From Caecitellus pseudoparvulus (taxonomy: Eukaryota > Protista > Bigyra: Bicosoecida): 64,000 nucleotides of DNA. The notes beneath the pieces were generated by a model that did no database searches, was not told the DNA's origin, and was given only the letters and a program-made list of their open reading frames with translations. A program made the position numbers and the translations under genes. The stretch lies in the NCBI GenBank assembly GCA_965644315.1, contig CBFFRQ010000043.1:558001-622000 (forward strand), given 5' to 3'. This document shows, in pieces, positions 1 to 12,437 of the stretch (positions within the stretch are counted from its first letter, which is position 1; the number at the start of each line of letters is the position of its first letter).

Positions 1-192
1 CACGCCACGTCACACCTCCAAACGTAAAGTCAGGCGGTCCGCGCAGATCCCTGGGGCACTCGCGAAAAGCACACGGGCAGGGACCACTCAATACGAATCA
101 TGCATTCTGATGTGCATCAGGGCAGGGACAAGCGAGCTGCGCCTAAACCAGGGTGCTTTCTGCACCTCTGGACACCGCCGTCGCGTCGCGAC

Positions 193-3100
193 TCATGACT
201 GCTGAGGGGGTGCCACCCCAGCCTTGCCGTCTTTGACAGTGGCAGGCGCACTCTTGGCTCCCGCCACGGGCGTCAGCTCAACCTGAGTGGCGGGCTTCTT
301 CGCGGCCACAGCTGGCTCCTCGTCCTCCTCGTCATCGTGCTCAAAGTCAGGCGCCTCGTCCGAGTGCGCCTCAGAGCCGAACCACAGCAGGACGACGGGC
401 AAGAGGATCAGGCCATGCGCGGCGCCCAGGACAGAAGAAAGGAAGAACACCCGGAAGAGGGTGCTGAAGATGTAGCTGGCGCTGGGGGACAGCACAACCA
501 CTGCCAGGAAGGTGCTGCTGGCGCCGTTGATGACGGAGACACCCATCTCCCCCAGGGCCTTGCTGACGCGTGCCTTGCGGGTCTCCTCGTGCACGTGCAG
601 GAAGGCGTGCGCGATGTGTGCCGAGTAGTCGATGGACAGGCCCACAGCGAGGACGAGGAACACCACCGAGACTCCGTCCAGGCTCACCCCCCAGAAATGC
701 ATGAAGCCGAGGATGTTGAGCAGGCAGGAGCCCACGACGAGGGTGACGAGGATGGACGTTTGCAGGTCAGCCAACAGCAGTGACACGACGACAAAGACGC
801 AGGCAATGGAGAGCCCGACGTTGGTGATGGCCTCCTGCGGCACGACCACGTACTGCTCCCACTCCCGGTACACGAATGTATAGGCAAAGACGGACGCCTC
901 CCCAATGCCCGCTTCCCTGCCAGCCTTGTTCACGGCGTCGATGGTTGTCTCCATCGCGTCGGCCTCGTCCAGGGCGTTGTCGATGACAGAGTAAAAGGCC
1001 TGTACGCGAGTCATGCGGATGGGGCCACTGGTGGCGCTGGCGCCTCCTTGGAACACGATGTTGCTGCCCCAGAACGAAAAAGCAGGGGAACAGAGGAAGG
1101 ACTCCATGGCAGAGTCGAAGTCAGCCCGGTTTGTCGGCACGTCAGCGGAGGAAATGGACGTGTCGTAGCAAGGGCAGCCTGGGCCACAGGCGCCAGACGC
1201 CCCCGACGCGTTGCGTGCCGCCGACTCTGCCAGGAAGGTCTGGAAAGCACTGTACCAGCTGAGCAGAGGCGCAGACTCCGTGTTCACATACTTGTTGTCG
1301 CGCAGGGCGGACTCCAGGCGCGGCATGAGGGTGGGGTAGTCCACCGGGTGGAAGTTTTCAGCGTACGCCCAGACAGGGAAGCCGTTACCGGAAAAGTACG
1401 CATCGCGGATCTTGAAGCTTTCCTGCAGGTAGCTGTCAGCAGGCACAAACCACTCCTCCTGGAAGTCCAGGCCCAAGTTTGCGACGCCCACTGCGGAGGC
1501 CGCCAGCAGGCCGGCGAACACCAGCCCGACGGCGACCTGCCCCGGAATGCTGGTGAGGGCGGGTGCCAGCTGGTACTCGATGTGCTCTGCCATCCAGCCA
1601 GCCTGCACACAGAGGAAGACCTTGCGTGGGCGCGTGCCCACGTACTCTGCCTTGCTTCCCCACGTTTTCTCCTCCTTGGCCTCGGCAGTGGGCGTGGCGG
1701 TGATGGGGTTGGAGCCTGCAAAGCCGCCGGCCTCCAGGGCAGATGTGGAAGCGGCCAGCTTCGCGGCCTTGCGCTCCGCCTTGACGCGCGCCGACGCAGC
1801 CTGCACGTCGGCGAGCACCTCGTCGTCCACGAAGCAGCAGCAGCAGTCGTAGCGGCCAGCCTCCTGCCGGCGCGCGTCCAGAGTGAGCACGGCCACGAAG
1901 AACGTGCACGACATGAAGAAGGCGCCCAGGATGCCGTACAACGCCCACAGGGTAAAGGAGGACAGGGCTGGGAGGGATGTGGTGGCAGAAATGCCAAAGG
2001 CAAGTGCGTCCGTGACGGACGTCAGCAAGACACTGGAGCCGGCGTGCTGCATGGCCTGGGCGATGCGGAGGGGGATGGGGTCGCCCGCACGCGTGCGGGA
2101 GAAGGAGCCAGCGATGACAAACACGTCGTCCACGCCGATGCCGAAGAGCAGGAAGGGCAGGACGCTGTGCACGGGGGTGGAGAAGGACGTGATGCTGCCC
2201 AAGCCGTAGCCAATGAGCAACGCCAAGCCGACTGTGGCGATGCCCGCTGCTGCCAGCGTTGCGCGGGAGCCGACGCGGGAGCACTCTGAGAACTGCAGGA
2301 AGACGTAGATGACAATGATGAAGACAGAGGCACCGACGAGTCCAAGGTCCCCCGTGATGAAGTTCCCCACTGCCTCAGAGTACCCCGCCGACGACACGGG
2401 CACAGCGTGGATGTCTGGCAGGGTGGCCTGGAAGCCAGCACCAAAGCCCTGGCCAATGGCCTCATCCCATGCCAGCTCCCATGCCTCCGCTGCCGGGTCA
2501 ACTGCTGAACCGTCCACTTCGTACTCGTCATTGCGCAGCTGGAAGGAGTGCTGGATGGCCGCCGCACTCGTGATGTTCCCAGCAGCGTTGCGGGAGATGC
2601 CGCCCAGAAGGCTGCCCAGGGTCATGTCCACGCCAAATCGGTCCTGGAGCTGCCCAGTCGCAGCCTGCCTGGCCAAGTACGCGGGGACATCGTAGGAATC
2701 AATGCCGCCCGCTGCTGCAGCCTTGGCATCGAAGTCGTCCAGCCCGCCCCACGCGTCCAGGATGGTGGAGGCAACGCAGAGTCTGTCACCTGTGCAATGC
2801 GTAAGCGGTGCAGTGCAGAGCAGTGGGCCCTGTGCGCAGAGTGGCGCTACCACGCACCGTTTCCAGCAGCCTTGCGCTCGCACAGGTCTCCATACGTGTA
2901 CTCTTGCTCCCCCCTGCCGCGGTGGTCTGCAGTCGCAGTCACATTATTGCCGCGCTGAACCAACAACATGGTCTGGCGAATGCGCGGGCCAGTCAGGACG
3001 TTGTCACCCCGAGAGGGGGCAGTAATGTACAGGTTCACAGAGCGGGGCTGCACTCCGAAGACGGCAGAGATCTTGTCCGCGTTCTTCAGCGCAGGACTGC

Positions 3101-3582
3101 GGGGAGCGGGATACGTGGCGCGTGCGGCACCAGCGTCCGAACGCTCCCGCTGACGTGCGTCACACCCGGCAGAGTCACTTGACGTTGCCTTTCAGCTGGG
3201 CACCTGCTCGCACAGGCATCACTCACGATCCTTTGGGTGTCCACAGGAATTGTCCGCGGCCTGAGGCACGGGGAGCAGGCAAAGTGAAGGCAGGTGTTGC
3301 GAGCAGGTGACAGGGAGCGATTGCGGCGGTGTTTCGAGCCTCACCCTCGTTTTCGAGCGCCACGATGCCGGAGCCCATGAGGAGGGCCGCAATGACCGAG
3401 ATGGCGATCATGTACCATGGGTTCTTGCCTATCCACATGCCCAGGTTGTAGAACGCCCGTTGCAGGGAGCCGTCCAGGCCGCGGCTCAGCCGCACACACA
3501 CGTTTGGTTGTGAGGCGGCGGCATCTTTTTCCGCAGAAGCACTCTCGGTGCTGCTTGCACCTTGCGCTGGGGAGTTGCTCAT
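193..3582 (-). CDS. Patched/NPC1-like RND-family sterol-sensing domain membrane protein (spliced)
   Basis: Sterol-sensing domain (LPFLLFGIGVDDVFVI, AGSSVLLTSVTDALAF) and second TM bundle (AVGLSIDYSAHIAH, GVSVINGASSTFLA). N-terminal exon has TM1 (KNPWYMIAISV), and intron ~3344-3261 joins it to ENEG/RGQFLWTPKGS. Start could alternatively be 3651. Confidence 0.9.
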
Positions 3583-3841
3583 GACTTCGCTGTGTTCAGT
3601 GCTCTCAATTGGCTGCACATTGACGGGAGACGTGCGCCTGGCCAGTGGCATGCTCTTCTGGCAGACTTGCTGCCGGAGTTGTCGAGCTGACCAGCCTGAC
3701 GTCAGCCGGCCTGCTGGCTTGTGTGCTTCTGTCGCACTGAGCGGCGGGAAGGGGCAAGACAGGCGCAGTTGAGGGACAAGCAAGACTGTGGGGTGGCAAG
3801 TTGGCCGAGGGAACGATTGTAGGCATCTACGCAGACTGCAT

Positions 3842-4948
3842 TCAAGCGGGCTTTACAGAGGCCCCTTCACCCGGCGCCTGCACCCCTGCCGCCTTGGCCA
3901 CTGCCGCCTGAGCTGCGGCCTGCTGTGCTTGCTGCGCTTGCTGCGCTTGCTGCGCTTGCATGATGTACGCTTGCTGCTGCTGCTGCTGCTGCTGCATCCA
4001 CGCCATTTGCTGGTGGTGCTGTGCCGCAGTCAGGGAAGGGTTCACGGCCTGCGTGCTGGCAGGCTGGCCGCCCACGAACATGCCCATGTGGGGGGGGGTG
4101 TACATCCCCCCCGGCACGCCGTACGCACTGGGCATCATGCCAGGCGACACCATGGGCATGAACTGCCCAGGCATGCCCCCGCTGATGTGTGCGTGCATGG
4201 CCTGCATGGCTGCCTCGTAAGGGAAGCCCCCCCCGTGTGCGTGATGCTGCTGCGCCTGTCGCTGGGCGTGGTGGGGAACTGTGTGGGAGGCACGGCTGCC
4301 CTTGCCGTGGCGGCCGCCCCCACGACGCCATTGCTCCCGATTGCGTGCTCGCCCCCCCTTTCCGTGCTTGGAAGAGCCTGCCATGCTGACGTAGAGGGGC
4401 GCCGGCTCCGGCACAACCTCGCCGGCAGGCAGCGGCGGCTGGTATCCGGGGTCGTCTGTGGACACCTTGCTGGCATCCGTCGTGAGTGTGATGCGCAGCA
4501 CTGGCGAGTAGGTCTCCACAGTGACGGCTTCACAGCCCTCCTCCGTCGGGGCGAACTTCTTCACGCACTTCTCGTGGGTAATGGTGGACACCTGATGCAG
4601 CCCGGCCACTCGGCGCTTGACAAATTCCGCAACGGGCACCACTTTCCATGAATGCCCGGCGCTGGCTGCGACGGTGACCTGAGAGGAGAGAGGGGGCAAG
4701 TGGGGCAGTAGTTAGGTTGCCTCTGTCGTGCAGCACTGCAGCTGCAAGGGCTCAGTGCGCAGTGCTGCCGGGCTCGTGCTCACACTTGTCACTCCTGGCT
4801 CGCGCAGGCGCCCGAGAACTTCCGCAGCCGCGAGCGCTGGCTCTTGCGAGGAGGAAATGACGTAGTAGTTCTCAAACTCGTCGGCTTGGTCGAACTGCTC
4901 AACAGACACCCGCTGGTGCTTCGTGCTGGGCATTCCCTGCTGTGCCAT
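3842..4948 (-). CDS. Alba-domain (Rpp25-like) nucleic-acid-binding protein with Gln/Met/Pro-rich C-terminus (one intron)
   Basis: KVVPVAEFVKRRVAGLHQVSTI...LRITLT...DPGYQPPLP matches the Rpp25/Alba eukaryotic signature. Exon 1 (MAQQG...) lies in ORF 4712-5038. Confidence 0.8.
3925..3996 (-). repeat. CAG/polyQ and AQQ microsatellite within the Alba gene
   Basis: (tgc)n and gctgcgctt repeats on the + strand, encoding QQQQQQQQ and AQQAQQAQQAQQ. Confidence 0.9.
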
Positions 4949-5330
4949 GGCGATGGAAGTGGCCAGAGAAAAAGGTCCGCAGTGTGCGCTGGTCTGTTTC
5001 TGGCTGCCAGCCGCAGATGTGCCGGGAGACGACCGCACGGCAAAGCAGCACAGTGGTCAATGCTGTCAGGTTTGCGTCAAGCCGTATTTTGTCCATCTTT
5101 CGCCATGTCTTCGCCTGGGCAAGTGTTGGCGGGTTGGCTCGCGGGGAAGCCATCTCACGCCGACTCTGAGGCAGCGCTCGAGTAAAGTCAAAACTGAACA
5201 CCACAGGCAAAGAGGTTTCATGCGATTGATATCCCTTAGGAGCCCCAGCACGCTGTTGCTGGAGCCTGAGCTGCCAGCGCCCCAAACTCGCAACAGTTGC
5301 CGGCGAGGTTGCAGGCGGCCCCACAGCTCC

Positions 5331-7958
5331 ATGGCAGCTTCCGAGGATCCCCAGCCGCATGTAGCGGAGGAAGATGTGGCTGGCCATGCCCGCCAAGCCT
5401 TGAGTGAGGCTGAAATCCTCGCGGTATTTCGCGAGTTTGACACAGACCACAGCAACACGTGAGGGCTCACGCATCCTGCCTGGCGCCTGGGCAGCAAGCA
5501 CGCCGCTTCCATACCCATGCGTGATCAGGATTGACCGTTCAGAGCTGCAAGATCTAGTGTTTGCCCTGGGAGTTCCCATGAGCCCCGAACAGGTGCGTCG
5601 CTCGCTCTGCTGTGATTGGCTGGCGCTGTCGCTGCGACTCGCTGCACTTGCTGGCCACTCCTGCCCAGGTGCAAGCGGCCTTTGACACTGTTGACAGCGA
5701 TGGGAGTGGAGAGATCGACTGGGAGGAGTTCTACAAGTGGTGCGTTTCGCGTGGGCACAGCCTTTCTGCATTGGCCTCCCACTTCCGCCACGGCTTGTGC
5801 AGGTTCACGCAGGAAGGCCCCGCAGAAGCCAGCGACGGCGGCGCCTCACAGCTGCTCAAAGCCAAGCTACGGGCCCGATATCTCAAGCGCAAGTTCTCGC
5901 AGCTTTCTGCCGCCTTCAGCAGCGCGGCCTCCGCGGCAGCCAAGGCACAAGGCGGAGCCACGCGAGGTGCGGGCAGCGACATTGCAAGGTACCACGTGCA
6001 CTTGAGCGCGGGGGACGTCAGCACCGGCAGCCCGCCCCTGGGCGCCTACATCACCTTGGAGCCGTCTCCACCGTCTGCCCTGGAAGAGCTGGGCGGTGGG
6101 GGTGACGGTGCGCCGTGTGTAGTGCTGCTCACGCTGAGCCTCAAGCCTGGCACTCGCGCCGAAGATGTGGAGGAGGTGGTGGCTGCAGTGCAAGCGGGGT
6201 TGGAAGTCTCCATAGAGCGTTTAAAGGAGGAGCTTCAAGAGCCCGACATGCCGCGCCTGGAGGTGGAGGGGCCGCTGCAGGCGGAGGCACAGGGGGGCTT
6301 GGTGGTGCTGGTCAAGGCGTTCCTGCCGGTGGCCCCGCTGGACAATCTACAGGAAGCGCTGCTCATCGAGAGTGCTGAAGCTGAACACTCCGTGTCACGC
6401 CTGTTCGAGACCTTTTCAGTCGCCCTGCAGAGCTCTCTGCCGCTGGCTGCGTGGCTCAGCCCCGGCGACACTGATCTGGAAACTGCTGGACTCAGAGCCG
6501 AAGCCCGCCTGGAGCTGCCGGCAGCCGGACTGGACCTATGCATTCGTACGCTGGAGAGTCTGGTGCTGCGGCAAGCGACGGCAGTCAAGTGAGTTCGCCG
6601 CCCGCCCCCCTCACTGTGCGCGTGGCACGTGTGCAAGATGCTTGCACTTCACAGGGACTACTTGGGCGTGGCGCCGCCCGAGGACGACGAAGGCGCAGAA
6701 CTCATTGGCACAACACTGGGCAATGGCGTGGTGCTGACCCCTGCCATGCTGGGGTGTGAAGATGACCTGGAGACGATGGAGGCTTGTGTGCGCCGGCTGC
6801 CCCATGGTCGCGTCCGCAACATCGTCGAGAAGAGCCTTTCCAAGCTCCCCGCACTGCAGGCTCTGCGCTGTTGGCGCGAGAAAACCACGCGCATCCACTT
6901 CCCTGGCGTGGCAGCTGCGGCGGAGGCCTTGGAAGCCATGCTGCCGCAACAGTCCTCGCACGCAGGCCACACCTCTTACCTGCCGCTTGGCGCGATTGTC
7001 GTGTCCCCCCTCGCCAAGCGGTCCTTGTTGCTGGAAGCCTGGGCTTCGCTGACGGGGGAGGAGCCTGGAGCCTTGCTGCCCATCGCCCCCCTCTCCCGCC
7101 TGCTTGGCATGAGTGCTGCGCTGGATCGACTCGCGCTCGTATCCGCCAACGACACGCTTGCCGTGGACTTTGAAGGGCTGGCACCCTGCTCTATCTCCGG
7201 CATGCTACAGACTCCCACTCCCTTCCAAGCCCATGCCAGTGCGTTTCCGCTGCCTGCCGTCCGCGTGCCTGTGCGCTTCGCAACCTCTCCGGCTCTGGGC
7301 GCCCTTCGCAGAAACGGCACGGCTCGTGGCATTCGGAGATCCCTCTGGAAGCCCACTGCGCACTGTGGGCGCTTGTTTCCATGCTGCCTTGTCAGATGAT
7401 CGCTGGGAAGTGCAAGAAGGCTTGGTGTCAGCCTGGACTCTCCGCCTGCCCTCTGTGGACATTTGCGACAGCTTCGTGTTCGAGAGTGCCGCTGACTTTG
7501 CAGACGTCGTAGAAGGAGACAAGATCAGCCAGCTCCCCGTGAGGGTGCGGCGCCAGGCGGAACACCCAGCTGGGTTTGTCTTCATCACGTCGGCGACAGT
7601 TTCTGGTGGCGATGACTCCCGCCCAGCGCAGTACCTGGCCAAAGTGCTGAAGCTGTTCAACAGCATGAAAGGCTCCGAGGGCAAGGTGAGTTGCTCCTGT
7701 TTGCCGTGAAGTGCACTGCACATGCCATGGCGCCCTGTCGCGCGCTCACAGGTCGCGCCGCTGCTGGTGCTCGGAGTGCTGGACGACGACAGCAAGCACA
7801 GCCAGGAGCGGTGCGAGCAACTGAAAGAGTCCTTGAAGCTGGCAGACCTTAGCACCTGCTACAGTGCAGTGGGCGTCCAGCTCATCTCACGAGAAAGCAT
7901 GAAGGGCGTCTTGCCAGCTGCCGAGGTGCTGGAGGGCCAGCTCCAGCCAGGTAACTGA
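5331..7958 (+). CDS. EF-hand calcium-binding protein with long uncharacterised C-terminal region (multi-exon; 3' end uncertain, may continue to 8577)
   Basis: Spliced EF-hand pair: FREFDTDHSNT|IDRSEL and AFDTVDSDGSGEIDWEEF. Successive + ORFs are linked by short GT-AG introns. Confidence 0.7.
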
Positions 7959-8121
7959 ACGCACGCCTTGCTTGGCCAGAGCAGAGACGAGGAGGCGCAT
8001 CACGCTGCTGAACAAAACACCTCGCTTTTCTCAATGAAGTATCAAAGCATTCTTCCCTTTGCTGCCCCCTTGCATTCACCTTCTGGACCCAGAGCCCAGT
8101 CGCAGGCTTTGGCGTGGTGGC

Positions 8122-8577
8122 ATGGCAGCCGAAGAGCCGGCCAAGGCGCAGAATGGCTTCTTGATGATGAAGCGACTCCCAGGGCGCTTGAGCAAAGTCA
8201 AACAAGCGCATTTGGATGGCATCAAGAGCCTGTCGAAACCCTCAGACAGTAGCAAGCTCGTTGCACGCGCCATCGCCTGTCTTCTCGGTGAGGCCAAGAG
8301 CGCCGCGTCCTGGCTCAAGGCCAGACAGCTCCTCGCTCAGCCCTCCACACTCAAACGCATCAAGGAAATCCAACTCAAAACCCTGCCACCCGCCACCGCC
8401 GACACCGCACATGACCTCCTCCACACCGCCGACGCCGCACAAGTCAAGGCCGACAACAAGACTCTCGCCACACTCGCAACCTGGGCAGCCGATGTCATCA
8501 CCATCGTGCGCCTGGCGCCGTGGGAGGCCGGGCAGGATGGCGCCGCGGCAGAAGAGGAGGAGGAGGAGGAGGAGTGA
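8122..8577 (+). CDS. Dynein heavy-chain microtubule-binding-domain (stalk head)-like ORF or terminal exon
   Basis: HLDGIKSLSKPSDSSKLVARAIACLLGE..SWLKARQLLAQPSTLKRIKEIQLKTLP...QVKADNKTLATLATWAADV follows the dynein MTBD helix pattern (EIKS..KPP..V..V..A.C.LLG...W..AK.LL...FL..L...D...IP...V...S.....L..WV). Confidence 0.6.
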   Translation: MAAEEPAKAQNGFLMMKRLPGRLSKVKQAHLDGIKSLSKPSDSSKLVARAIACLLGEAKSAASWLKARQLLAQPSTLKRIKEIQLKTLPPATADTAHDLLHTADAAQVKADNKTLATLATWAADVITIVRLAPWEAGQDGAAAEEEEEEEE

Positions 8578-8608
8578 GGCACGTGTGTGGGCGTGTGCTG
8601 GGGTGCAT

Positions 8609-9787
8609 TCAGTCAGCCTTGGCGTGCTCTGCTGCTTCCTCCTCGTGGTCGTGCTCCAGGTCCATGTTGCCCTCGTAGGACGTCTCGCTGACCTCCTTGG
8701 TGCTGGTGCCCGAGGCGAGGCTGAGGCCGATGTTCAGGAGCAGGGCAAACCACCACACGTGCAGCACGGCCAGGATGCAGAGCAAGGTGATGTTGTTGTA
8801 GACGTTCGGAATGCAGTCGTTATGGAAGCGCGCGATGAGGCCATCCATGAAGAAGGGCATGCGGGAGATGTCTGCCCATGTTTCTGGGCAGGTCTCGGGC
8901 AGGGCCTTGAAGGCGGCGAAGATGACGCGGAAGGGGAACTCGTACAGGCGGAAGTAGGCCCAGGACAGGATGGTGGCGACGTAGCTAGCTTCGGTGATGT
9001 AGTACGCCTTGGCGTCGCCCAGGCCCAGGTAGTTGGACATCTTCATGCTGTCGATGAAGATGTCGCTGATGTCGTGCACGAACATGACCAAGAAGCCCAC
9101 GCGGTGCGACTGGGAGGTGAAGGACAGGACGATGAGGGACAGGGTGACGATGTGGTGGATGTACATGACGAAGTAGTCCTTGCGCCGGTGGTCCAGAGCC
9201 ACGTGGATGAAGCAGGTGTAGATCCAGATGGACTGCTGGAAGATGTACAGGGACTTGAGGGCCAGGCCCACCTCGGCCTCCTCTGTGTGCCTGTACCACA
9301 CGGCGCGTGGGTCAGTCCACCACTGTGGGTTGACGTACAGGAACGCCAGCGCCACGAGGGTCATGGTCCAGTGGATGGCCAGCTGCCAGGACTGCGTCAT
9401 CCACTTCTCCAGTCGCTCTGGCTTCTTGGGGTCGTTCAACGCGTCGCTGTCCAGCATGCCGGCTTGGTAGCAGACGCGGGAGAGTGTCTTGCCGATCCAA
9501 CGGAAGGTGACCTTGGACAGCTCAGCCCACACTGCCACCACGACGAGGCTGCCGCACAGGACGGCAGTCATGCGCTTCTCCGAGTCCACCCAGCAAGCTC
9601 GAACCGTCGCGAGGGTGAGGATGGCGAAGAGGATCGTCAAGATCACGTCCAGGACGGGGTTGGGCTTGTACACAGCCTCCTTCTTCTTCCGAGAGCGCGC
9701 CCCGCCGCTTGCAGGAGGCGAGGCTGAGGTCAGCGGCCCTGACGCATGGTCCTCGGCCTTCCCATGACCGGCACCGCGCTTTCCCAT
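8609..9787 (-). CDS. LAG1: Ceramide synthase (LAG1/CerS, TLC domain)
   Basis: Lag1 motif RRKDYFVMYIHHIVTLSLI...GFLVMFVHDISDIFID, multiple TM helices, intronless ORF. Confidence 0.93.
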   Translation of the reverse strand: MGKRGAGHGKAEDHASGPLTSASPPASGGARSRKKKEAVYKPNPVLDVILTILFAILTLATVRACWVDSEKRMTAVLCGSLVVVAVWAELSKVTFRWIGKTLSRVCYQAGMLDSDALNDPKKPERLEKWMTQSWQLAIHWTMTLVALAFLYVNPQWWTDPRAVWYRHTEEAEVGLALKSLYIFQQSIWIYTCFIHVALDHRRKDYFVMYIHHIVTLSLIVLSFTSQSHRVGFLVMFVHDISDIFIDSMKMSNYLGLGDAKAYYITEASYVATILSWAYFRLYEFPFRVIFAAFKALPETCPETWADISRMPFFMDGLIARFHNDCIPNVYNNITLLCILAVLHVWWFALLLNIGLSLASGTSTKEVSETSYEGNMDLEHDHEEEAAEHAKAD

Positions 9788-10130
9788 GCTGTGGCACTGA
9801 TTTTACGGGAAAGCACGATGGTGCGTCAGGACGGCAAGCCTGCCTTCTCGCGCCGGCTCTTCTCGAAGGTTTGAAGGGTGCCTGCGGAAGTTGCCTCGTG
9901 GGGTGCAGTGCACCTCACAAAGGACCTCACACTCGTGAGCGTGTGGGGGGGTGCCAGCAACAATAGAAGCTAAATTTGCTCGGGGGGTGACACTTCGTGC
10001 AGAGGGGGTGCGCGTAGCAGCTCGTCAGCCCCCCTTGCCGCAGTGCCACATATTCGCTGTCATGCTGATGGTGAGTGGCCAGACTTCACTGCAAGGCGCT
10101 GGTGGCTGTGAAGCCACGCGCCGTGATGGA

Positions 10131-11962
10131 TCAGTCCTCCGCCTCCACGGAGCCAGCAGCAGCCCACTGTTTGACGGATGTCGGCACTGCAACGGCCCCC
10201 GATGCCACGGCAGCAAGGATGTCAACGGGGCTGAGCTGCAGCCTGGCTACATCGTACTGCTGCGACACCACCGTCGCGCCAGCTGCACTGCCGCCCAGGG
10301 CAGCAGATGGGCGTGCTTTGGTGGCACCAGCTGCTACAGCTTCCCCTCTGGCAGCGGCGGTGCCCTGGGCGTACGCCACGAGGTCCAGCGCCACCAAGTG
10401 CTGGAAGCTCTTGACGGCCACTGCCTGGGGCAGAGCCGCCGAAGCCGCATGCTCGCCAGATGCGAAGCGCCTGTACTGCCGCCAGGCGCCCTGGAAGTTG
10501 TACTCCGCCTCGCCCCGCTGCTCCAGGTGCGCCATGGCGATGAGGAGGCACATCTCCACCTGGGTCAGCCCTGCCAGCAGGGCGATGCGGGGGTCTGCCG
10601 TGGCGCCCGCCACCGCCGCATCCACCGCTTGGTCTTGCAGGGAGGGGGCTTGGGACACGACGGTGTCCAGCAGGCGCAGCATCCACCCAATGGAGTGCCC
10701 CGTGGACCACGCTTCGTGCAGGTGGCGAGCCAGGCAGGGCGTGGTTGCCGGCGAGGCGCCCTCTGGGTCCAGCCCCTCCGGCAGCGCAGCCTGCACTGCT
10801 GCGTTCCAGGTGTCAATGCCGTCCTCAGACTGCATCGTCTGGCCACGGCGCCCCGGGCTCTGTGAACCTGCAGCAGCTGGCAGCGTCAGGGCCGCACGCG
10901 CCACGGCGCAGTATGTCGGCCACTCAGGGTGGCTGAACAGCACCTGGGAGTGGCTGAATCGCGAGCGCAGACGTTTCTCTAGCAAGTCCACCACGTCCAG
11001 GCGAGCTGTCATGCCGATGACCGCGAATGCAGCACTGTGAGGGAGGGGCGGAGGGAGGAGGTGCAGGCAAGCATGCAGCGAGCCAAGACTCAGCGGCTTC
11101 ACGCACTCTGTGGACTGCGTCAGGTCCAGCAGGTGGTACAGCAGTGTTTGTTTGGACTGCCGTGCAAAGGCGTCCACTTCGTCCAGCACCAGCACCACCC
11201 CTGTCCCCCGTGCTTTCAGTGCTCGCAGCGCGTCAGCCACGAAGGACATGTGCTTCTCATATGTGACGTGTCCCCCGGAGCCCGCCGCTGAGGCTGCCGT
11301 GCCCAGCAGTGCCGTGTTGGCGGCGGCCCCTGCCACGCGCTGGGCGATGGAGGCCACTGTGCCCCGGAAGCCAGCCTCAGGGTCTGGGGGCGCACCTGCA
11401 TCGGCCAAGGCTTCTGCGGCTGCCGCTGACGCGGCCCGCATGGCTGTGAACAAGTGCGGAGAGGTGTCCACCGCCAACTGCCGGGAGATCTCCCGCATGG
11501 CCACCATGTCATCCGTCGCCACTCGCCCATCCACGTACACGACTTGCACAGGCGGCTCGGGCGTGCCTGGCGTGGAGACCAGCGCGTCCACGCTCACCAT
11601 GGGCGACTGCTCGGGGGCCTGGCCGCTCACAGACTTGTGCACGGCCTGCAAGGCGCGTTCCAGTACAAGGGACTTTCCGCTTCCTCTGCAAAGAACGGCG
11701 TGAGCTAGTGCAGCCGCCGCAGCGGTGAGTGCTGAGGGATCGAATTTCCGCACCTCCGGCCGACCAACAGTGTGGATCCATTCTCCCCGTGGCGTACGAG
11801 CGCGTGCAGCAAGGCATACAGTGCTTCAAACTGGTTCTCCAGACCAGCAGGCACGCCTGAACCTTGCCATCTGGCCAGCTGTCCTCTCACACGACGCAGC
11901 AGTGCCGCACTGGGCACAGGCGTGTCCTCTTGTCTGGCTCGCTTTCGCCCTCTTGCTGGCAT
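10131..11962 (-). CDS. ORC4: Origin recognition complex subunit 4 (spliced)
   Basis: ENGSTLLVGR|RGSGKSL Walker A across an intron, VLVLDEVDAFA..KQTLLYHLLDL, LEKRLRSRFSH, and a C-terminal winged helix. Confidence 0.92.
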
Positions 11963-12437
11963 GGCACACGGTCGACGCTGCAGCTGGGAGCAGGCCACAG
12001 CAGCGGCTGTTGGCCTTGGATGCTGCAGAGCGAGGCGTTGAAAAGTGGCCACTGCACACAAAACCGAAAACGAGACAAAACAGTTTGAGCTGAGAAGTGT
12101 GTGACCCGCAGTCGTGTGGCTTTTCTTACCCGCACTTCAGAATCTGTATCTTCTCTGAAATCAGTCAATAGGCGCCTAATAGCAACTTTGCTGCCAGTCT
12201 CAATAAGCAGGTTTAATTTGCACGCCCTCACTTCGGACTTACTTCGCTACAGCCACTTTCATCCTGCTTTTGGCCTGCTCGCAACGGGCAGAAGATTGGA
12301 GCGGAATTTGGTTTGCGCACAGGCTCTAAGTTTCGCTCTCAAAAAGCACGCAAGTGAGGCGTGCAAAGCCGACGCAAGAAGTCAGATCCTTTTATTTGTC
12401 CTTTGTGTCTCAAATAATTAACATTTTATACGCTGTG

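Noticed and set aside
12136-12162. U6 snRNA (minus-strand CAGAGAAGAT)
   Set aside because: The following invariant TAGCATGG and the ISL are absent, so this is probably coincidence.
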